From Gammaproteobacteria bacterium (GTDB taxonomy: Bacteria > Pseudomonadota > Gammaproteobacteria > Eutrophobiales > Eutrophobiaceae), in the NCBI GenBank assembly GCA_965116495.1, contig OZ220696.1:1760001-1824000 (forward strand): DNA of 64,000 bases, read 5' to 3'. Both the position numbers and the translations under genes were made by a program. Below are positions 27,121 to 36,334 of the stretch, in pieces. Positions within the stretch are counted from its first letter, which is position 1; each line of letters begins with the position of its first letter. The notes under the pieces were generated by a model, which had not been told where the DNA came from, did not search any database, and worked only from the letters and a program-made list of their open reading frames with translations.

Positions 27121-27534
27121 ATGGAAATTATCAAGGTCCCGAAACGCCTCCCTCTTATGGCGGAATATTCCGGGTTCACCAAAACATTCCGGCAAGGGCT
27201 TGAGTCGGGGAAATTCCTGACGACAGCGTGCTCTTCATGCGGGGAATTGACGTTCCCACCCAAAAAACACTGTCCGGACTGCTGGTCGGATGAAATGAGT
27301 TGGATTGAACTGTCGGGTGAGGGAATCCTGTATGCAAGAACCACCATCCATGCCGCCGCCCCACAGTTCCGGGACGAAGTGCCGTTCAGCGTCGGTATTG
27401 TGGACCTGGAAGAAGGCATCAGACTGGTTACGGGATTAATCGATGAACCTGTGCGCATCAACAACGATGACGCAATCAGGCTGGTCATACTGTCTTACGA
27501 AGACGGGTTGTTGTTCGCGGCAAAACCGGCATAA
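27121..27534 (+). CDS. DUF35 Zn-ribbon/OB-fold protein
   Basis: CSSCG...FPP...CPDC, GEGILYARTTIH, VDLEEG; 2 bp after the thiolase gene. Confidence 0.9.
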   Translation: MEIIKVPKRLPLMAEYSGFTKTFRQGLESGKFLTTACSSCGELTFPPKKHCPDCWSDEMSWIELSGEGILYARTTIHAAAPQFRDEVPFSVGIVDLEEGIRLVTGLIDEPVRINNDDAIRLVILSYEDGLLFAAKPA

Positions 27535-27547
27535 CAGATATTCAGGG

Positions 27548-27572
27548 ATCAATGGGGTCAGACTCGATTGAT
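27548..27572. repeat. GGGGTC-type short palindromic element
   Basis: ATCAAT-GGGGTCAGACTCG-ATTGAT upstream of TBDR2. Confidence 0.6.
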
Positions 27573-27668
27573 TTTCCCGTTATGGTTGCCCTGCATAGTG
27601 AAAATGCGGCATCGCATAAATTTCTGTTAACATAAGATACTAGAATAAATACTAATAGATCTTTCCTC

Positions 27669-30077
27669 ATGGGGGTCGTTGTGCACAAAAAGTATCTCGC
27701 GGCGGTTATTTCCGGTCTCTTTTTAATGTTGGTCTCCACCCTGTCCAGTGCCCAGACAATGCTTGAAGAAGTTGTGGTGACTGCCCAGAAACGCGAACAG
27801 TCCATCCAGGATGTGCCGATTTCCGTTAGTGCGCTCAGCAGCGAGGACCTGGCTGCTAACCTGGTAACCGATGTATTTGATTTACGCCAGGCAGTACCGG
27901 CGCTGGAAGTCCGCTCTGTCGACCCGCCATCCCAGGGCGCGTCGTTTTCGTTGCGTGGCCTCGGAACATCGGTATTCAATATGGGTTTCGAGCCCACTGT
28001 TGCCACCTTTATCGACGGCGTCTACCGCAGTCGTAGCGGCCTGACTACCGTGTTTGACCTGTTCGACCTGGAGCGGGTAGAGGTATTGAAAGGCCCCCAG
28101 GGTACCTTGTTCGGCAAGAACTCCACGGCCGGCGTCGTGCATTTCATTACCAATAAACCGGAACTGGGTGAAATGGACGTAATGGCCCAGGCTACCTACG
28201 AGGAGCACGATCGTTTTCGTTTCAACGGCATGGTGAACGTACCCGTGAGTGAGACCCTGGCCGCACGCATATCGGCCTCGGTCGGTACCGGTGATGGCTG
28301 GATCGACAATCTCTCAACCGGCAAGGATGAACGCGACCTGGACCGCTGGACCATCAAGGGCCAGTTGTTGTGGGAACCCGATGAGAACCTGAGCGTACGC
28401 CTGTCAGCGGATTACAGCGAACTGGAAGAGTCCTGTTGCCAGCCGCTCGATATCATCAGCGACCCGTTTGTGCCGATCGTGAACCTGCCCCTGGCGCAGG
28501 CCAATGGCTCCACCGAGAAACATCCTGCTGATATCGATGACCTTGAATCCTCGTCCAACTTCTCGTCAATCTGGGATGCTGAAGACCGGGGTTTTTCCGC
28601 GGAGATCAACTGGGATATCGGAAACGTGACGGTGACGTCTATTACGGCATACCGGGATTATGAAGATATCAACATCAAGGATAACGATTTCGGCGGTGTG
28701 GATATCCTGCGTACCCAGCAGAACATGCCGGAGATCAGCCTGCTGTCGGAAGAATTCCGGCTCCACGGATTGCTTGAGGGCATCCCGTTCGGACAATCTC
28801 TGGATTGGACCCTGGGTCTCTACTACGCGAGCGAAGATATTAAACGCTCAAATGAGTTCGTCTGGGCATCACAGATCACGTCGCTTCCCCAGTTCCCGCC
28901 TTTTCTCCCACCCGGTTTCTTCGGGGGCCAACCCGGCCGGGCATTTCTGGCCAGCTTTGAACACGAAGACGAGACATTCGCGATTTTTGCCCACGGCACG
29001 CTGGAGGTGACCGACAAGCTTGCCATAACGGGTGGATTCCGCTGGACCCGGGATGAGAAGAAAGCAAGCCTGGTTAATGACCACCCTGCCAATAATGTCG
29101 GCTTTCTCGGTCTCGGGTTTCCTCCGTTTAATTACAACGTCTTCCCCCTGCAGGTGGTCCACGACTACACTGCGAAGACAGAAAACGAGGAGCCTACCGG
29201 AACCGCAAGTATCCAGTATGACTGGACCGACAATATCATGACTTTCTTCACCTACAGCCACGGCTTCAAGGCGGGTGGTGTAAGCCTGACACGCGACGCG
29301 GCAGGACCAATGATCGCACTGGGTTCGCCTGCCGGATGCCCACCGGGCGGTACACCGATTGGTCCGGTGTGCGGCTTTGCCGTTGCCGGTGATCCCACTT
29401 TCCGGCCGGAATTCGCCGACCACTATGAGATTGGCGTCAAATCCACCTTGCTCAATGATCGACTGCGTCTGAACATCGCGGCCTGGCGCACCGATTTCGA
29501 GGACCTGCAGGTGCAGACCCTGCAGCCTACCGGTAATTTCGCGGTGGATAATATTGCCGGCGCCCGCTCCCAGGGTGTCGAAGTCGACGGCAACCTGCTG
29601 GTTACCGAAGGGTTACGCGTCAATGCCTCAATTCAATGGCTGGATGCAACCTTTGATGCAGGGATAGGGCCGTTGACCCCTACTCCGGGGTTTATCCCGT
29701 TGGGAGATGAGAACCTGCCGTTCTCCTCGGAGTGGACCGGCACCGTAGGCGCCCTCTTCGAGCAGCCCCTTGCAGATACCGGCTGGGAACTGTTTCTCGG
29801 CGGTAACGTGTTCTTTCGCAGCGAGCAATATAACTTCACCGAGCCCCGTTACGACCGCAAACTCGGTGGATTTGAACTCCTTAACCTGCAGGGCGGACTG
29901 CGTTCCGCGGATGGCAAGTGGGAAGTAAAAGGCTGGTGCCGCAACTGTGCCGACAAGCGCTATACCTGGAGCCAGTTCCAGATACCGTTTGACGGAACTA
30001 TCCTGGGGCACTCAAGCGTCTGGGGTCACCCGGCGCCGCCGCGCTTCATAGGCGGCACCGTAACCTTACGCTACTGA
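27669..30077 (+). CDS. TonB-dependent receptor (TBDR2)
   Basis: EEVVVTAQKREQ, VEVLKGPQGTLFGKN, C-terminal aromatic residue. Confidence 0.93.
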   Translation: MGVVVHKKYLAAVISGLFLMLVSTLSSAQTMLEEVVVTAQKREQSIQDVPISVSALSSEDLAANLVTDVFDLRQAVPALEVRSVDPPSQGASFSLRGLGTSVFNMGFEPTVATFIDGVYRSRSGLTTVFDLFDLERVEVLKGPQGTLFGKNSTAGVVHFITNKPELGEMDVMAQATYEEHDRFRFNGMVNVPVSETLAARISASVGTGDGWIDNLSTGKDERDLDRWTIKGQLLWEPDENLSVRLSADYSELEESCCQPLDIISDPFVPIVNLPLAQANGSTEKHPADIDDLESSSNFSSIWDAEDRGFSAEINWDIGNVTVTSITAYRDYEDINIKDNDFGGVDILRTQQNMPEISLLSEEFRLHGLLEGIPFGQSLDWTLGLYYASEDIKRSNEFVWASQITSLPQFPPFLPPGFFGGQPGRAFLASFEHEDETFAIFAHGTLEVTDKLAITGGFRWTRDEKKASLVNDHPANNVGFLGLGFPPFNYNVFPLQVVHDYTAKTENEEPTGTASIQYDWTDNIMTFFTYSHGFKAGGVSLTRDAAGPMIALGSPAGCPPGGTPIGPVCGFAVAGDPTFRPEFADHYEIGVKSTLLNDRLRLNIAAWRTDFEDLQVQTLQPTGNFAVDNIAGARSQGVEVDGNLLVTEGLRVNASIQWLDATFDAGIGPLTPTPGFIPLGDENLPFSSEWTGTVGALFEQPLADTGWELFLGGNVFFRSEQYNFTEPRYDRKLGGFELLNLQGGLRSADGKWEVKGWCRNCADKRYTWSQFQIPFDGTILGHSSVWGHPAPPRFIGGTVTLRY

Positions 30078-30113
30078 AGCCAGCCTGCTCCAACGGAGCC
30101 CTGCTTATGAGAC

Positions 30114-30147
30114 AAGCCCCACAGACAGTCCGTCTGTGGGGCTTTTT
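30114..30147 (+). terminator. Rho-independent terminator after TBDR2
   Basis: 13-bp stem AAGCCCCACAGAC/GTCTGTGGGGCTT, 5-nt loop, followed by a T-run. Confidence 0.75.
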
Positions 30148-30214
30148 CGCGTATGTCATGGCCATGAGTGTCATACCGGGATCGCTGATTGTGAGACTGG
30201 CGCAGGCAGAGGGT

Positions 30215-31249
30215 ATGATTGCCTGGGAAAATACCACCAACCACACCAGGGAACGCTTGCACGCCATGGATGCGGTAATCAACCAGCAAGCTGACCCTGG
30301 TGAAGCCTATGAAAATTATATGGCTACTTTTTCACCCTCCGTACTCGCACACGGTTTGTTGCCCGGTGTCGCTGCCGATCACGCCGCGGTCAGGGAATTC
30401 TATCGCGGCTTGTTCGGCGCGTTCAAGGACAGCGTACTGGTCAGTGACGAGTTAATCGTTGCCGGCCCTATGGCGGCACAGCGCTATCATTCTCTCGGAT
30501 ATATGACGGGCACTTTCGACGGTGTGGCAATGGACCGCAAACTGGTTGCCATTCGTGGTCAGACGTTCTTCCGACTCGATGCAGACGGCCTGATTGCCGA
30601 GCGCTGGTCAAACCATGATCACGCCTACCGGCTTGCACAGATTAAGGGTGAATCTGCAGTCGAAGAAGGCAGGCGACTGACCGCATTGCTCAACGGACCG
30701 GGTTTGAGCGAACAGTCAGTTTACGACCGTCTGGTCTCCATGGCGGCAGCCTTCAACCTGATCCATGACCCGGATGAGCGTGAAACCCGCTTCCTCGCGT
30801 TCTTTGACAAGGATGTGGTCGTACATGGCATTAGCGCCGGACAGGCGCGACTGCGCGAGTTTGCGGATTATTGCCGGGCGCGCTGGCACGCGTTACCGGA
30901 CCTGGTCATCAATCTCGAGGCGAAACTCTCCGCCTGGTCCATGGGCGCCGTGCGCTGGCGGGCAACGGGCTCATTACGAGAACGCTATGACGATATTGAA
31001 CCCACCCGGGCACCGGTAACCCTGACCGGCGAAACGATACTGCGTTTCAACCAGGCGGGAAAGGTCTTGGAAATCTGGATCAACGATTCCGGGTTGCACG
31101 AACATACGACAAATCATGAAAAAAGAAATGCCTATTTTGGTGATCTCCATGTCCATACCCATTTGTCAGTAGATGCCTTCGCGTTCGGAGCGTTGGGATA
31201 CCCTGACGACACCTATCGTTATGCCCGCGGAGAACCCGGCAAAAAGTAA
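30215..31249 (+). CDS. Tandem SnoaL/ester-cyclase (NTF2-like) protein with fused DUF3604-like N-terminal fragment
   Basis: Two SnoaL-like repeats; tail RNAYFGDLHVHTHLSVDAF...YRYARGEP. Start set at ATG 30215 (after the terminator, GAGGG RBS). Confidence 0.7.
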   Translation: MIAWENTTNHTRERLHAMDAVINQQADPGEAYENYMATFSPSVLAHGLLPGVAADHAAVREFYRGLFGAFKDSVLVSDELIVAGPMAAQRYHSLGYMTGTFDGVAMDRKLVAIRGQTFFRLDADGLIAERWSNHDHAYRLAQIKGESAVEEGRRLTALLNGPGLSEQSVYDRLVSMAAAFNLIHDPDERETRFLAFFDKDVVVHGISAGQARLREFADYCRARWHALPDLVINLEAKLSAWSMGAVRWRATGSLRERYDDIEPTRAPVTLTGETILRFNQAGKVLEIWINDSGLHEHTTNHEKRNAYFGDLHVHTHLSVDAFAFGALGYPDDTYRYARGEPGKK

Positions 31250-31263
31250 CCTGTTGCAGGGCA

Positions 31264-32607
31264 TCAGGTATTTATTTCCGGAGTCAGGTTCTTCCTCGCC
31301 AGCCAGCGCCGTATGACGCCGTGCCGGTGCTTGTTGATCGGATAATTATACAGTAACGCCGCCCCGGCAATACCTATGATGGCAGGAAGGAAAACCCCGA
31401 CGAAAATAAGTCCCCGTATTGCCGCTTCGCTATTCTCACCCGTCGCCTGGAAACCGAACACGCTCAGCAACGGCAGGGCGATCCCCACTCCGCCGGCAAA
31501 GGCGACCTTTACCATGAAGTTATAAACCGCCATATATATCGCCGCATCGTCGCTCCCCCCTTTCATCATGCCATACTCGATGGTGTCCGCGATAAGTGCC
31601 GGCGGCATGACCCAGATGACCGAGATGATCGGTCCGTGCACAAGAGCGACCAGCAATAACTGCGAAAAGTCTCCAGGACTGACCAACAGGTACAGGGGTT
31701 GCACCGCCAGGTAGCCAAATCCGCCCCAGACAAGGGCCCGATGCCGGCCATAACGATTGCCGAATTTGACCCACAGCGGCAAACAGGCAATACCGATGAC
31801 ATATTGTATCAGTACAAATTTCAAAAACGCCGAACGAGGAAACTCCAATATATATTCGAAAGTGAATATGAGCGAAGCATTCATCACGCTACCGCCAAGC
31901 CAGAGAAAAAAGATGGCGATGATCAGGCGCAAAAACGGTCTGTTTCCCGACAACAGTTTCAAGGTGGATATCAACCCGTGTTTGCCGGATTCAACAAACG
32001 GGGCTTTTGGTGTAACTGCCGTTGCCACGAAAACGGCAAGCGGTATCAAAACCAGTAAAAACGCGACATAGACCCACAATATGTCCCGCAGGGCAGGATT
32101 TTCTTCTCTTAGAAACAGGACAGGGAGCAGTGTCGCCAGGATGACCCCTACCATGGTGCCCGTCTCCCGGAATCCGTTGATACGGGTTCGTGCCGTATAA
32201 TCCCGCGACAACTCGGCGCCCCAGGACAAATAGGGAATCTGTACTGTAGTCCAGGCGACGTAAAATACCAGGGCCACGACGAACAGGTAAGCTTTGTCGA
32301 CGGCAAAGGGCGGGCTCAGAAACAGGTACAGGCTGATCATCAACAGTGGGACGCCGGCCACGATCCAGGGTTTGCGGCGTCCCCAGGCGCCCCGGGTCTG
32401 ATCAGAGAAATGTCCGATAAGGGGATCCGTGACCGCATCCCAGGCGCGTGCTATGAAAAAAATACCACCTACTGCGGCCAGTTCCAGCCCCAGTTCCGCG
32501 GCGTAAAACGGCGGCACATAAATTATCAGCGGCATTCCCAGCATCGCCAGTGGGATCGCCGGCAACATATAGGCCAGCAGGGAAGTTCTGTCAGTGGCAG
32601 CTCTCAT
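31264..32607 (-). CDS. MFS transporter, GPH (MFS_2) family
   Basis: ARAWDAVTDPLIGHFSD..RGAWGRRKPW, PYLSWGAELS; about 12 TM segments. Confidence 0.9.
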   Translation of the reverse strand: MRAATDRTSLLAYMLPAIPLAMLGMPLIIYVPPFYAAELGLELAAVGGIFFIARAWDAVTDPLIGHFSDQTRGAWGRRKPWIVAGVPLLMISLYLFLSPPFAVDKAYLFVVALVFYVAWTTVQIPYLSWGAELSRDYTARTRINGFRETGTMVGVILATLLPVLFLREENPALRDILWVYVAFLLVLIPLAVFVATAVTPKAPFVESGKHGLISTLKLLSGNRPFLRLIIAIFFLWLGGSVMNASLIFTFEYILEFPRSAFLKFVLIQYVIGIACLPLWVKFGNRYGRHRALVWGGFGYLAVQPLYLLVSPGDFSQLLLVALVHGPIISVIWVMPPALIADTIEYGMMKGGSDDAAIYMAVYNFMVKVAFAGGVGIALPLLSVFGFQATGENSEAAIRGLIFVGVFLPAIIGIAGAALLYNYPINKHRHGVIRRWLARKNLTPEINT

Positions 32608-32619
32608 GTCATGACTCCT

Positions 32620-34086
32620 TTAATGGGGAAGTTCATGCCTTGGCCAGTAGGGCCGGGTGAATTTCCTGTACGGAATACTCGCAAAATCAAAGTTCAGGGT
32701 CCCCGGACTGGCCACATATAATATCTCCGTCGCCAGGGGTGCAAAACCCGTATAAAAGTGCTGGCTGGATTTGACGATAATCATTTTCATCTCCTCCAGG
32801 TTGATCCCCAACGCGGTAAATATTTCCGGATGAAGCGTCTGGCACCGATCTTCGCTGATGACAATATTCACGTTCGCAGGGCTTGCGCCCACCAGAGTTA
32901 CCCAAACCAGACAACCCACGGGTTGCCGCCCACCGCCAGTATCAGGTTGCGAACAATGTTCCAGTATCGAACGCACCCTGACCCTCAGTTGTACAGGATT
33001 ACCGGATACCTCACCATGCTTGCCGCCCAGTTGCAAGTCGGTGATTGCGCCGCTACCTGCATTTTTACACCTGGCAACGGACTCGGGATCCCAGTAGACG
33101 CCGCTCGCTACCTGGCTGATGTTGCGCGACAAAACCTGCTCAAGGATAAAAGTGGCATCAGCGGGCGCACCACCGCCTGCATTATCCGCAGTATCCGCAA
33201 TAACAACAGGGGGGCGCTCGGCTGCGCAGGCACGCGTCAGCGCCTCATTAATCCCCGGGTATTGTGGATGAGTTTCATGGCGCATCGACCAGATTTCCTT
33301 ACCCAACTCTGCTGCTGCCTGAGTGGCGTGCGCCTCGTTACCATTCGTATACACCAATACTTTCGCGCCGTTGTGCTCGCTGTCACCCCAGGGGAATCCG
33401 TGACAGAAGGAAATGGAAATTATATCTTCCGTCTCTTCCAGGCCACGCAATTCTTCTACAAAACTGCCCATCGGCTGTTCGGTGGTTTTCCATGTGCTGA
33501 TCATGCGGCAATCAAACACGCTGCCAAGCGGTTGTAACCGGCCTTCCGCGATGGCTGTGCTCAGGTGAAACAACCGCTCGCCGCAGTCCATAATATCAGT
33601 GTGTGGATACTCCTTGTAAGTTATGAGCAGGTCCGCACAGTCAACCATCTCGGGCGACAGCAGGCAATGCAAGTCCAACTCTGCGCCAATCACCGTGTCA
33701 GGACCAACCAGTTGTCTGACTGCCTTTAGCAAGTCTCCTTCACAATCATCACATCCGGTGGCCAACATCGCACCGTGTAACTGCAATAACACCACGTCAA
33801 CCGGCAGCGCCTGTTCAAGGTCCGAGAGAATTTCCTGTTTGAATGTTTCATACACCGCCATGTCGACAGGGCCGCCCGGTTGGGCAACTGCACCCAGGCT
33901 CTCGACAACTTCATGCCCGGCTGCTGCCGCCATCCGCTGCCAACCGGCTAAAACCGGGCCAAACAGCTTATCCCGGCTGCTGGCATTGCCATGCCATAAA
34001 CCGAACTGTCTGAATTCATCCATCCCTGTAGGAATGGGTGAGAACGAATTTGTCTCGGTCAGCAGCAATGCAATAAAGTATTTCAC
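32620..34086 (-). CDS. M81-family metallopeptidase (MlrC-like)
   Basis: ETNSFSP, LHGAM, DLH, YKEYPHTD, ADTADNAGGG, VKSSQHF. Confidence 0.9.
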   Translation of the reverse strand: MKYFIALLLTETNSFSPIPTGMDEFRQFGLWHGNASSRDKLFGPVLAGWQRMAAAAGHEVVESLGAVAQPGGPVDMAVYETFKQEILSDLEQALPVDVVLLQLHGAMLATGCDDCEGDLLKAVRQLVGPDTVIGAELDLHCLLSPEMVDCADLLITYKEYPHTDIMDCGERLFHLSTAIAEGRLQPLGSVFDCRMISTWKTTEQPMGSFVEELRGLEETEDIISISFCHGFPWGDSEHNGAKVLVYTNGNEAHATQAAAELGKEIWSMRHETHPQYPGINEALTRACAAERPPVVIADTADNAGGGAPADATFILEQVLSRNISQVASGVYWDPESVARCKNAGSGAITDLQLGGKHGEVSGNPVQLRVRVRSILEHCSQPDTGGGRQPVGCLVWVTLVGASPANVNIVISEDRCQTLHPEIFTALGINLEEMKMIIVKSSQHFYTGFAPLATEILYVASPGTLNFDFASIPYRKFTRPYWPRHELPH

Positions 34087-34095
34087 GGGACCGGC

Positions 34096-35718
34096 TTATT
34101 CCGATATTGCAGAGCGCACGAGATCTGATCCTCTCTCTCCGATCATGAGCACCGTAGCATTGGTGTTGCCGGTCACCAGGGTCGGCATGATGGACGCATC
34201 GATAACCCATAACCCGTCGACACCCCTGACCTTTAAATCCGGATCCACCACGGCTTCCGCGTCACGTCCCATCCTGCAGGTCCCGACCGGGTGGTACATT
34301 GGGAAAGCGGTGTCTTTAACGAACTCCCTGAGCTGATTACTTGCAAACACCTCTTCATCGGGATGCCGCCAACGCGCCAGGTAGCCGGCAAATGCAGGCT
34401 GTTCCGTAATCTTTCTGGCCAGCCGGCAAGCGTCGATGAGTTGTTCAATATCCTCCGCGGAATCCAGCATCGGGTAATGAATCCTGGGCGGGTCCAGCGG
34501 GTCGGGGGAACGTAGCGTGATCTCTCCCCTGCTCTGCGTCCGCATCAGGCCGACAGCACCGCCTGCGATCTTTTCCTTGCTGAGGGCGGCGTTGTTTGTG
34601 CCGATCTCTATATGAAACGGCGCCATGGTGACCTGTATGTTGGGCGTTTTAAGTTCCTCGCGGGTGCGGACAAACGCGTGGGCGTGGGCAATCGGCGTTG
34701 TCAGCAACCCCTTCCCCTTGACCAGGAACCGGAATAACTGCATCAGGTTATGTACGGGACCTGTCCGGCTTCCCAGTGTTTCACCATTCACGTCAAACGA
34801 ATAACGAATTCCCGTGTGCTCCTGCAGATTCCTGCCGACTCCCGGCGCATGCACGATAATGGGGATACCTGCCCCGTTGAGTAGCGGCCCGTCCCCGATG
34901 CCGGAAAGCTGCAGCAGTTTTGGCGTAGCAATGGCGCCCGCACTCAGTATCACGGCGGCGCGCGCGAATGCCGTATCGGACGAAGTATTGTCAACCGCAT
35001 CGGCGCGGGTGAATTCGATGCCGCCGGCCCTGTTGCCGTTAAACAGGACCCGGGTAACGCGAGTATTGAGGCGAATATGCAGGTTGTTCCGCTTGCGCAC
35101 CGGCCAAAGATATGCCCGGGCGGCAGACTCGCGCCACCCCTTGCGCTGGGCCACCTGGACGAAGTCCACCCCCTCGTGGTCTGCTCCGTTCAGGTCGTGA
35201 CTCCTGGGTATGCCGGCTTCCCGGGCGGCCCTGATCCATGCATGGGTAAGCGCACTGTCAACGTTTAAGTCTTCCACCGAGTGAGGACCTTGCCCACCCC
35301 GCCATTCGTCCCCGCCGCGCCGGTTACATTCCAGGCGCCTGAAATACGGTAACACCGACGCGTAATCCCAACCGTCACAGCCCAGCTCCGCCCAGTGGTC
35401 ATAATCATCAGGATGCCCGCGTACGAACATCATGCCGTTGATGGCGCTGCCTCCGCCCAGGCAACGCCCGCTCCACCAGTTATCCACCTTACCGGCCCGG
35501 CTCGGGTCCGGTTCGACCGCATACATCCAGTTAAACCGGGAATTGAAGACAGCGGCGCCACTGGCCGCGGGAATCCGGCTGTATGGGTGCTTGTCACTCC
35601 CCCCTGCTTCCACCAGCAGGACGGAAAGTGACGGGTCTTCGGACAGGCGTCCGGCCACTACGCAGCCGGCCGTACCGCCCCCCACTATAATGATGTCATA
35701 TTCGATAATGGCGTCCAC
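34096..35718 (-). CDS. GMC oxidoreductase (choline dehydrogenase-like)
   Basis: GGGTAG, LGGGSAINGM, YHPVGTCRMG, GNTNA. Confidence 0.92.
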   Translation of the reverse strand: MDAIIEYDIIIVGGGTAGCVVAGRLSEDPSLSVLLVEAGGSDKHPYSRIPAASGAAVFNSRFNWMYAVEPDPSRAGKVDNWWSGRCLGGGSAINGMMFVRGHPDDYDHWAELGCDGWDYASVLPYFRRLECNRRGGDEWRGGQGPHSVEDLNVDSALTHAWIRAAREAGIPRSHDLNGADHEGVDFVQVAQRKGWRESAARAYLWPVRKRNNLHIRLNTRVTRVLFNGNRAGGIEFTRADAVDNTSSDTAFARAAVILSAGAIATPKLLQLSGIGDGPLLNGAGIPIIVHAPGVGRNLQEHTGIRYSFDVNGETLGSRTGPVHNLMQLFRFLVKGKGLLTTPIAHAHAFVRTREELKTPNIQVTMAPFHIEIGTNNAALSKEKIAGGAVGLMRTQSRGEITLRSPDPLDPPRIHYPMLDSAEDIEQLIDACRLARKITEQPAFAGYLARWRHPDEEVFASNQLREFVKDTAFPMYHPVGTCRMGRDAEAVVDPDLKVRGVDGLWVIDASIMPTLVTGNTNATVLMIGERGSDLVRSAISE

Positions 35719-35726
35719 TTTGTAAC

Positions 35727-35808
35727 GATACTTGGGGTCAGATACTTGGGGTCAGAGTAAAACTCATGGAGTTTTACTCTGACCCCGGATTTCCTGACCC
35801 CGGATTTC
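35727..35808. repeat. GGGGTC-ended palindrome with duplicated flanks
   Basis: 18-bp arms GGGGTCAGAGTAAAACTC/GAGTTTTACTCTGACCCC (35748-35786). Left GATACTTGGGGTCA x2; right CTGACCCCGGATTTC x2. Confidence 0.8.
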
Positions 35809-35830
35809 ATAACTCCGCAATTTCCGTAAT

Positions 35831-36319
35831 TTATGGCGAATTGTTATTACCCATATCCAGGATGACCTTCCATGTGCCGTCGCTTTGACGTTCCCACAAT
35901 AAAACATATTTGCCTTGCCGGGGTTCCGGTTGAACTTCGGCATTCCCGCTTTTAAGAATAAAATTGGATGTAAAGTTGCCGCGGGTCAGCGCCCAGTCTC
36001 CTTCCCTGATGACAGAGTCAACGGTCACGTCCAATTGCTCGATGTTGAAACTACTGTGGACGACTTCTGCAAACTGGCGTATCGCCTGCTTTCCTTCCAG
36101 CGCCGGCAATGTGTTATGCATCCCCACCGCGTCATCGGCAAATATGTCCATCCAGCGATCAGTATCACCCGTTTTATACGGCTCGATATAACCGTTGAGC
36201 ACCAATTGCTCGAAATCCCGCAAGGTCATATCATCCGCTGCTTGTTGCTCATGGTTGGAACAGCCGGTGACGGGAACCAGGAGTATCGTTATCAGGAGTA
36301 TGTTGAAACTGTAATTCAT
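35831..36319 (-). CDS. NTF2-like/DUF4440 lipoprotein
   Basis: Lipobox-like VTGC; GKYVLLWERQSDGTWKVILDM. Confidence 0.8.
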   Translation of the reverse strand: MNYSFNILLITILLVPVTGCSNHEQQAADDMTLRDFEQLVLNGYIEPYKTGDTDRWMDIFADDAVGMHNTLPALEGKQAIRQFAEVVHSSFNIEQLDVTVDSVIREGDWALTRGNFTSNFILKSGNAEVQPEPRQGKYVLLWERQSDGTWKVILDMGNNNSP

Positions 36320-36334
36320 AAGCGTATTCCAGGG

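Noticed and set aside
32620-34086. Microcystin degradation (mlr) cluster
   Set aside because: Only an M81-family gene is present. No mlrA, mlrB or mlrD-like neighbours, and M81 proteins are widespread.
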